Shown here: positions 43,173 through 48,391 of the stretch, piece after piece
How the letters are laid out: every line of letters starts with the position of its first letter
How positions within the stretch are numbered: position 1 is the stretch's first letter
From: a virus
Taxonomy: Duplodnaviria > Caudoviricetes
Reading direction: 5' to 3' (one strand)
IMG/VR virus record: IMGVR_UViG_3300034127_000010
Location: 1 to 48,391 of that record
DNA: 48,391 bases
The notes under the pieces: generated by a model
Told to the model about the DNA's origin: nothing
The model's database searches: none
What the model saw: the letters and a program-made list of their open reading frames with translations, nothing else
Made by a program: the position numbers and the translations under genes

Positions 43173-43834
43173 CCATCAAGGAATTCCAAGCCTGGCTGAA
43201 CGCGCACGGGGCATCGCTGGTCGTTGACGGCATCGCAGGCGGGCAGACGAAGCAGGCGATCCTGTCCGTCTTTTCCAACAAGCTGGCGCCGGCCGCGAGC
43301 AATGCCGACATCACCGTGATTGCAGCACGCATCGGCTGCTCGGTAAAGCAAGTTCGCGCGGTCGCCGCGGTGGAATCAGGCGGTGCGGCATTCGACGCAG
43401 CCGGCCGGCCGAAGATCCTTTTCGAGCGCCACTATTTCCACCGCCTCACCGAGGGTAAGTGGTCGATCACCGAATACAGCAACCCGAGTGCCGGCGGCTA
43501 TGCGGCTGATAGCTGGCTCAAGCTGGCGGACGCCGCGGCGCGTGATCCATGGGCAGCGTTCCAGTCCGCGAGCTGGGGCAAGTTCCAGGTCATGGGCGCC
43601 CACTGGAAAGAGCTCGGCTATGACAGCCCGCTCGATATGGCGTGGGCGATGCGCGAGAGCGAGATGGCTCACTATGACGCGCTCGCCCGGTTCGTGAAGG
43701 CGAACGGGCTGGCTGACGACATGGCGCGGCTCTCGACGAACCCGGCGGACAATGTCGGGTTCGCTGCCGGGTATAATGGGAAGGGACACGCCAAGTTCGA
43801 CTATACTGGCAAGCTGGCGAGGGCGATGCTGTGA
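43169..43834 (+). CDS. Endolysin, N-acetylmuramidase (DUF3380-type) with an N-terminal PG-binding motif
   Basis: FQAWLN..G..LVVDGIAG..T, AV..VES.G, ILFERHYF, SASWGKFQVMG and YNG. Confidence 0.92.
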   Translation: MTIKEFQAWLNAHGASLVVDGIAGGQTKQAILSVFSNKLAPAASNADITVIAARIGCSVKQVRAVAAVESGGAAFDAAGRPKILFERHYFHRLTEGKWSITEYSNPSAGGYAADSWLKLADAAARDPWAAFQSASWGKFQVMGAHWKELGYDSPLDMAWAMRESEMAHYDALARFVKANGLADDMARLSTNPADNVGFAAGYNGKGHAKFDYTGKLARAML

Positions 43835-44097
43835 CCCGCATCTCCTGCAGCCCCCACGCCTTCAACCTGATCGCTTTTCTCGCACTCCTGACGGCAATCG
43901 TCGTTCTCGCTCTGGCAGGCACGCGGGCCGATCAGGCGGTGCTGGTGGGGCTGGTGGGAGTGATTGGCACCTTCCGCCCGTGGAGCGCGCCTGTAGCCCC
44001 TGACGGGCCATCCGGGACCGCACGCGACCCGATCGCCGTGCAGGGCGCTGACGACAACGCCAAGCCTGTAGCAACGGAGCCAAAGGATTCGGCCTAG
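43831..44097 (+). CDS. Two-TM protein (holin candidate)
   Basis: Two hydrophobic helices; coupled to the endolysin. Confidence 0.55.
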   Translation: MTRISCSPHAFNLIAFLALLTAIVVLALAGTRADQAVLVGLVGVIGTFRPWSAPVAPDGPSGTARDPIAVQGADDNAKPVATEPKDSA

Positions 44098-44145
44098 CCG
44101 GATGCGAGCCGCGCGCATTCGCGGCACAGACCGAAGGATAGACTG

Positions 44146-44448
44146 ATGAGTGACGAAGCAGCAATCGAAGCGGAGATTCAGAGCAAGGGCCTGAACGCGC
44201 CGCGCCTCAACCCGGACATGATCGACGCAGCCATCGTGTCCGAAGAGTACTACGTTTTCCCCTCTGGTGGTCGCATGACCGTCTGCGCCCTCACGCTGCG
44301 AAACGGGTATATCGTCATCGGCGAAAGTTCGTCGGTCAGCCGCGAAAACTTCAATGCCGAACTCGGCCGGAAGATCGCGCGCGACAATGCCCGCAACAAG
44401 ATTTGGGCGCTGGAAGGCTACCTTCTTCGCGAAAAGCTGGCGGCGTGA
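44146..44448 (+). CDS. N4 gp49/Sf6 gp66 family protein
   Basis: APRL....I...TVCALTLRNGY.V.GES..VS.ENFNAELGRKIAR.NA..KIW.LEGYLL. Confidence 0.88.
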   Translation: MSDEAAIEAEIQSKGLNAPRLNPDMIDAAIVSEEYYVFPSGGRMTVCALTLRNGYIVIGESSSVSRENFNAELGRKIARDNARNKIWALEGYLLREKLAA

Positions 44449-44454
44449 ACCATC

Positions 44455-44476
44455 GGCGGGGGCTTCGGCTCCCGCC
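44455..44476 (+). other. GC-rich UUCG hairpin after the gp49-family gene
   Basis: GGCGGGGGC-TTCG-GCTCCCGCC with no U tract. Confidence 0.6.
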
Positions 44477-44494
44477 ACATAAAGGAACCGTTAT

Positions 44495-44926
44495 ATGCCG
44501 CTGATCGCAACAACCACGCTCGAATGGATCTGGCGCAACTGGAAGTTGGTCTTGGGAGGCCTGGTGGTCGGCGTGCTCGGGCTGATGGTGATGCTGAAGG
44601 CGGGCGAGGCGCGATCGTGGCACAAGAAAGCCGACCAGTCTCAGTCCGCATGGCAGGTCGAGACAGCCGCCCACGCTGTCACCCGCGCCTCCCTCAACAG
44701 CGCCCTGTCCGCAATCGACGACCAGAACGCAGCAGTCCAGGCGCTGGCATCCGAAAGCGCCGACCGGATCAAGTCATCCGAACAGGCCCGCCTTGCCGCT
44801 CAGCAGGCCGCTCAGGCGTCGCTCAGCACGGCGCGGGCGCTGGATGCCTCCGCTGCCGTGGCGCGCGCCAAGGATGGGCCGTGCATGCCGAGCGAGACGT
44901 ATCTGAAGCATAGCGGGGAGCTGTGA
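44495..44926 (+). CDS. i-spanin (Rz-like)
   Basis: N-terminal TM, Ala-rich coiled coil, QNAAV motif and C-terminal Cys. Confidence 0.8.
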   Translation: MPLIATTTLEWIWRNWKLVLGGLVVGVLGLMVMLKAGEARSWHKKADQSQSAWQVETAAHAVTRASLNSALSAIDDQNAAVQALASESADRIKSSEQARLAAQQAAQASLSTARALDASAAVARAKDGPCMPSETYLKHSGEL

Positions 44927-45032
44927 TGCAGAAACGCCCCGGGTTTTATGCCGGGGCGCCTGTGCGCTGGTTAAGCGCGGCTTGCATGATGGCCTCCACG
45001 TCTGGATCTCAACTTGCGATGGGACAAAGTAC

Positions 45033-45305
45033 ATGAAGATTATTATTGCCGCAACACTTATCCTGCTCACCGGCTGCGCATCGACCACGCCGCCGCCAGC
45101 CGTAGAGGTGCGAATCCAGCGCGTAGAGGTGCCGATAGCCGTCGCCTGCATCGACAAGGCGACCATACCAGCCGAGCCCGAGAAGATCGCGGGCAAGCTG
45201 ACCGGGAACGCGAGCCAGGATCTGGATTTGGTCAGCGCATCGGCCTTGCGTTTGCGCGTGTGGGGCCGGGAATTGCGCGCTATGCTCAGCGGTTGCACGA
45301 AATGA
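45033..45305 (+). CDS. o-spanin (Rz1-like lipoprotein)
   Basis: Lipobox LLTG-C, VEVPIAVAC and terminal L.GC. Confidence 0.85.
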   Translation: MKIIIAATLILLTGCASTTPPPAVEVRIQRVEVPIAVACIDKATIPAEPEKIAGKLTGNASQDLDLVSASALRLRVWGRELRAMLSGCTK

Positions 45306-45499
45306 CAGACGACCAACTCCGCAGCATCATCCACAGCGCGACCCATGAGGCGCTGCCCTTAGCGGATAACACGCACGAGGGCGTGCAGGCTCGGGCGAGG
45401 ATTCAGGTGCGCATAGCCGACTTCGTCATCGGAGCGATCCGCGCGCAGGAGGCTGGGGCGGCATCGTTCGAGGGGCTGTACTTTCACGCCGATCCCTAA
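45302..45499 (+). CDS. Small inserted hypothetical protein
   Basis: ATGA coupling; lies between duplicated o-spanin tails. Confidence 0.55.
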   Translation: MTDDQLRSIIHSATHEALPLADNTHEGVQARARIQVRIADFVIGAIRAQEAGAASFEGLYFHADP

Positions 45500-45593
45500 G
45501 CCTTGAGCTGCGCGCTATGCTCAGCGGGTGTGTGAAGCCCTGACCAACATGTGCATTAATTGCACGGGTTGGCATGGGGTTGTGCGCTAGGGG

Positions 45594-45917
45594 TTAGGTA
45601 GCGGGATCTGCCGGCGCGCGCGTCGTTGACATGAGGCTCATCATAGCCCGAAGTTCTGCTGGCGATGGGCCGCGCATCATTCTCAGATCAGCCTGCATTC
45701 GCTCGAACGATTCAATGCGCGCAATCTCCATCTTAATCTGCGCGGCATATTGAGTCAGCGCGGTGTGAACCGCCAGTTGCGCGATCTCATGCACGACGCG
45801 CCGTTCGGTATCGCCAAGATGCTCGCCATGTGTAGCCATCGCACTGGCAACGGCGGAATCTCTTACGGCTCGCTGGATCAATTCGTCGCGACGCGTTTCA
45901 TTCCAATCCATCTTCAT
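45594..45917 (-). CDS. Hypothetical helical protein downstream of a structured RNA
   Basis: AGGAGG RBS. Confidence 0.7.
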   Translation of the reverse strand: MKMDWNETRRDELIQRAVRDSAVASAMATHGEHLGDTERRVVHEIAQLAVHTALTQYAAQIKMEIARIESFERMQADLRMMRGPSPAELRAMMSLMSTTRAPADPAT

Positions 45918-45938
45918 CCTCCTGTTCGTGCACTAGGG

Positions 45939-46158
45939 GGTAGGTGCCGGTCTTTCCCGGCGGTCAGGCTTGGCTTCCCTCAACCCCGGCGGCCTGCATG
46001 GTCCGTGCTCGCTGAGTACTCACCAATGTCGTCTGCCCATGTCCAACGCCATGCACGCGCGCCGGACAACTCCGACTGGAAGAATCTACCCTTGGCCTCG
46101 GTCCCAGCACTGTACCTCGGGGTCGCGATGATCGCCGTCGCGGCAGGACCCTCCTACC
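45939..46158 (-). ncRNA. Putative multi-stem structured RNA (about 220 nt)
   Basis: At least six nested stems plus a UGACC-GCCGG-GAAAGA-CCGGC hairpin; no credible ORF. Confidence 0.6.
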
Positions 46159-46189
46159 AGAATCGCGCACTAAGCGCCATAAATACCGC

Positions 46190-46480
46190 ATGCCCACCGA
46201 CCCCCTAGACCAACCCATAGCCACCCTAATCGGCCACCACATCCAGATCGCCACCCGCTGCCGGTGCGCGAGAGTCGTCGTCTTCACGCCCGAGTTGATG
46301 ATGCGCGAGATCGGGGAAGGCGTTACCCTGCGCATTGCCGGGGCACGGTTGCGGTGCAAGCACTGTCGCGAGCGACCGGCGTTGCTGGTGCAGCGGGACT
46401 GGGCTACGGGCGAAGGGCGGGATAGGCGGGTTGATCCGCCAGAGCTGCCGGGGTGGGTGATGGGGTTGTTGGGGGACTGA
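46190..46480 (+). CDS. Zinc-ribbon protein
   Basis: CRC...RLRCKHC. Confidence 0.65.
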   Translation: MPTDPLDQPIATLIGHHIQIATRCRCARVVVFTPELMMREIGEGVTLRIAGARLRCKHCRERPALLVQRDWATGEGRDRRVDPPELPGWVMGLLGD

Positions 46481-46685
46481 GGCTCCGGCGCTGGCGTTCC
46501 AAGTCCCGACTGACTATCTCTCCAATTGCGAGCGACATAGGGCCCATCACAATCATGAACGCGCGGAAGCTCTCATCTAACCCTGCCACGACCGTTTGCG
46601 GATAACGTCGCTTGTCGATGACTGCTGCGGCTATCCCGCAACCGAGCCAACTCGCAGCGATCAGCAAGGAAATAACTAGCGGCAT
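46404..46685 (-). CDS. Small membrane protein
   Basis: Two hydrophobic segments; GGAG RBS. Confidence 0.5.
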   Translation of the reverse strand: MPLVISLLIAASWLGCGIAAAVIDKRRYPQTVVAGLDESFRAFMIVMGPMSLAIGEIVSRDLERQRRSLSPPTTPSPTPAALADQPAYPALRP

Positions 46686-46729
46686 CTCCAAATCCTACCA
46701 GAATCCGCCCTCAAAGGCGAGGGCTATCG

Positions 46730-46758
46730 TTGACGAAAGCGCAGGGTTGGGGTATGTG
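46730..46758 (+). promoter_or_regulatory. Sigma70-type promoter of the tRNA-like RNA
   Basis: TTGACG-17nt-TATGTG; predicted +1 at about 46765. Confidence 0.65.
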
Positions 46759-46764
46759 CTGGGG

Positions 46765-46896
46765 GCTGCGGCGGCGCTGAAGGAAGCGCGCGATTACGAC
46801 CTTGGGATACGTCACGCCCCGCCAAGGATATCCCATTGCGCAGCGGGGGAAGCGCAACCGATACCCCGCAGCCGGTATCAAGCCCGGCCCGCAGCA
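46765..46896 (+). ncRNA. tRNA-like RNA with an expanded, pseudoknotted anticodon domain (about 132 nt)
   Basis: 7-bp acceptor GCTGCGG/CCGCAGC+A, D-arm GCGC/GCGC, T-arm GCCGG-TATCAAGC-CCGGC and its own promoter. Confidence 0.72.
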
Positions 46897-47156
46897 TCAC
46901 CCCAACCACACCCGGCAAATAAGCCAAGCTACCCCATCGGCCAGCCCCTTGATCGCGCACGCGGCGAACAGGAGGGCTAGGAGAAGGGTTAGGAGCTTAC
47001 GGGCGGCGCGATGCATTGGCGAGCTCGGCACGGACAGCATTGCCCCACGACCACAATACGACGGTCAGCTCGTCGCGCGCTCTGCCTGGCGGAAATGCAC
47101 GCAGCCCCGTATGGATCAGCGCGCGGCCAAGTCTGAACCTCAACATCCGCACCATC

Positions 47157-47504
47157 TCACCCGCCATGATCCACCTCCTGCTTCGGTGATAGCGAGGAAA
47201 GGGTGGCGATCACAGCGTCGGCCTTGCGTAGGCTGGCCGCGACCGCATCACGGGCTCGCTGTTCCCACCGCTCGGCATCCTCGAAATCCAGGCTTTCCAT
47301 AGCACGATTGAGGTGCCGGGCCCGTTGATCCCACGCAGCCGGGTCGATAGCTTGCGCAATCGCCTCTCGGTCTGGCTGGGGAGCGGGGGGTGCGGATAGA
47401 ATCGCAGCCGCCTGCAAGCAGAACAGATAGTTCGTCGCCAGTGGGTCCTTCGACCGGATCCACTTGGCGGTGTCGCGTAAACCCTGGGCCAGTTCCTCGC
47501 TCAC
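47157..47504 (-). CDS. Hypothetical protein with the REAIA..IDP..W...SLRKADAVI module
   Basis: Coupled ORF. Confidence 0.7.
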   Translation of the reverse strand: MSEELAQGLRDTAKWIRSKDPLATNYLFCLQAAAILSAPPAPQPDREAIAQAIDPAAWDQRARHLNRAMESLDFEDAERWEQRARDAVAASLRKADAVIATLSSLSPKQEVDHGG

Positions 47505-47725
47505 GACGCCTCTCCCTCAACCACAGACCGCAGCGCAGCCAACTCCACCGCATAGTTCGGACCCTCGTAAGGGCCACATCGCAACTCCCGATGCAGGAAC
47601 GCGTCGTCGATTCCCGGCGCGCATTCGTCCAGCTTGGCGATCAGGGTGCTGGCTGCGGTCTCATAGATTTCGTCGATCGAGATTTGCATGATCGTGGTCC
47701 TTGTTGAAAGTGCTTCGACGCTCAC
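47501..47725 (-). CDS. Small hypothetical protein
   Basis: Starts at the GTG in R2. Confidence 0.6.
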   Translation of the reverse strand: MSVEALSTRTTIMQISIDEIYETAASTLIAKLDECAPGIDDAFLHRELRCGPYEGPNYAVELAALRSVVEGEAS

Positions 47726-47767
47726 CCCACCACCTGCGCATTCAGCCGGTCGGTGTCGGGGAGGGGG
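47719..47767. repeat. Gene-tail repeat R2 copy 2
   Basis: Identical to 920-968. Confidence 0.95.
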
Positions 47768-48391
47768 AGGGCAGAGCGGGCGATCGAAAGCAGAAGCTCC
47801 TGGAATGCCGCCGGTGTGCCGATCCGCGGGGTGCTGTCTGTCCCGCCACCCTTGCCGCCTACCTCGCCCAGCCGCTTTGCGCGCTTGAGCCCCATGCGTT
47901 CGATAATCGCAGGATCAAGGCGGGATTCGCCGATGCCCCAGTCGAGGGATGGCAGATCGCATCCCACGGCATAGAGCAGCGTTGGCTTCCGGGCGTAGTG
48001 GCCATAGCGACCCTGCTCAACGCAGCACGTCCAGCCGTACTGCCCTCCCCCGAGATAATCGGCAACGACCCATCCACCTTCGCGGGGTGGCTTGTTTAGT
48101 CCGAACGCCGCCCATGCATGGCTGCCCCACGGATGCTCGAGAACCCCACCCCATCTACGGACAGCAGCGAGAGCGGCGACAAAGCAACCGCCATCATCGC
48201 CCTTGACCTTGCGGATGCCGGTTCGCTTGATCCAGAGCGGCTGACCGGCCCACAGCTTGCCCCATCGCTGGCAGGGTGGATGCGCGACGATCGGGTGCGG
48301 CCCGTCATAGAGACGCGCGTCGCGGGCTTCATCCCACGGGTCAACGTCAGGCAGACCGAAGTAGCAGCCACCCGATTCGACGTAGAGGGCG
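47722..48391 (-). CDS. Compact C5-cytosine DNA methyltransferase-like protein (225 aa; starts at GTG 103 and crosses the junction)
   Basis: Manual translation gives MIAALYVESGG...IVAHPPCQRWG...GVLEHPWGS...VEQGRYGHYARKPTLLY, resembling motifs IV, VI and VIII. Confidence 0.7.
   Translation of the reverse strand, partial: ALYVESGGCYFGLPDVDPWDEARDARLYDGPHPIVAHPPCQRWGKLWAGQPLWIKRTGIRKVKGDDGGCFVAALAAVRRWGGVLEHPWGSHAWAAFGLNKPPREGGWVVADYLGGGQYGWTCCVEQGRYGHYARKPTLLYAVGCDLPSLDWGIGESRLDPAIIERMGLKRAKRLGEVGGKGGGTDSTPRIGTPAAFQELLLSIARSALPLPDTDRLNAQVVG
48312..48391. repeat. Terminal direct repeat, right copy
   Basis: Identical to 16-95. Confidence 0.95.

Noticed and set aside
44971-44985. CtrA box (TTAA-N7-TTAA)
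   Set aside because: Only a half match (TTAA-N7-TTGC).
45946-45968. Hammerhead ribozyme (CUGA...GAAA)
   Set aside because: The CUGANGA core and GAAA placement do not fit the consensus.
46761-46908. tmRNA or canonical tRNA
   Set aside because: No G3-U70 alanine identity, tag reading frame or 7-nt anticodon loop. Kept as a tRNA-like RNA instead.

Overview
The window is an essentially complete, circularly permuted genome of a temperate P22-like podovirus. Bases 16-95 are identical to 48312-48391, giving a unit of about 48.3 kb. The host is inferred to be an alphaproteobacterium, probably a sphingomonad, from the high GC, a tRNA-Val(GAC) attP core, a GapR-like gene and GTTC-N7-GTTC SOS boxes. 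It is in the excised form with an intact attP beside a tyrosine integrase. The layout is lambdoid. A leftward early operon carries ASCH, vWA, YqaJ exonuclease and many small ORFs. A cI/cro switch with TTGCA-N5-TGCAA operators follows. The rightward operon carries SLOG, CII-like, a beta-clamp homolog, GcrA-like, GapR-like, RusA, HNH and O/P-like replication genes with iterons. Then come terminase, portal, GroES-like, scaffold, capsid, P22-type tail and ejection genes, an SGNH tailspike and the lysis cassette. A second leftward operon, apparently under RHH control, crosses the contig junction. Most notable observations: (1) an ncRNA island at 45.9-46.9 kb with a promoter-driven tRNA-mimic whose anticodon arm is replaced by a pseudoknotted domain, plus a second ~220-nt multi-stem RNA; (2) a small GGGxxK peptide and multi-TM membrane protein pair heading the lysis module; (3) SOS boxes downstream of, and facing, both repressor genes; (4) accessory genes bounded by duplicated gene-tail/RBS repeats; (5) a phage clamp alongside a GapR homolog ending in the clamp-binding motif QLGLF; (6) a hairpin-stapled ribosome binding site for the tailspike. 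All calls come from motif reading only; no searches were run.
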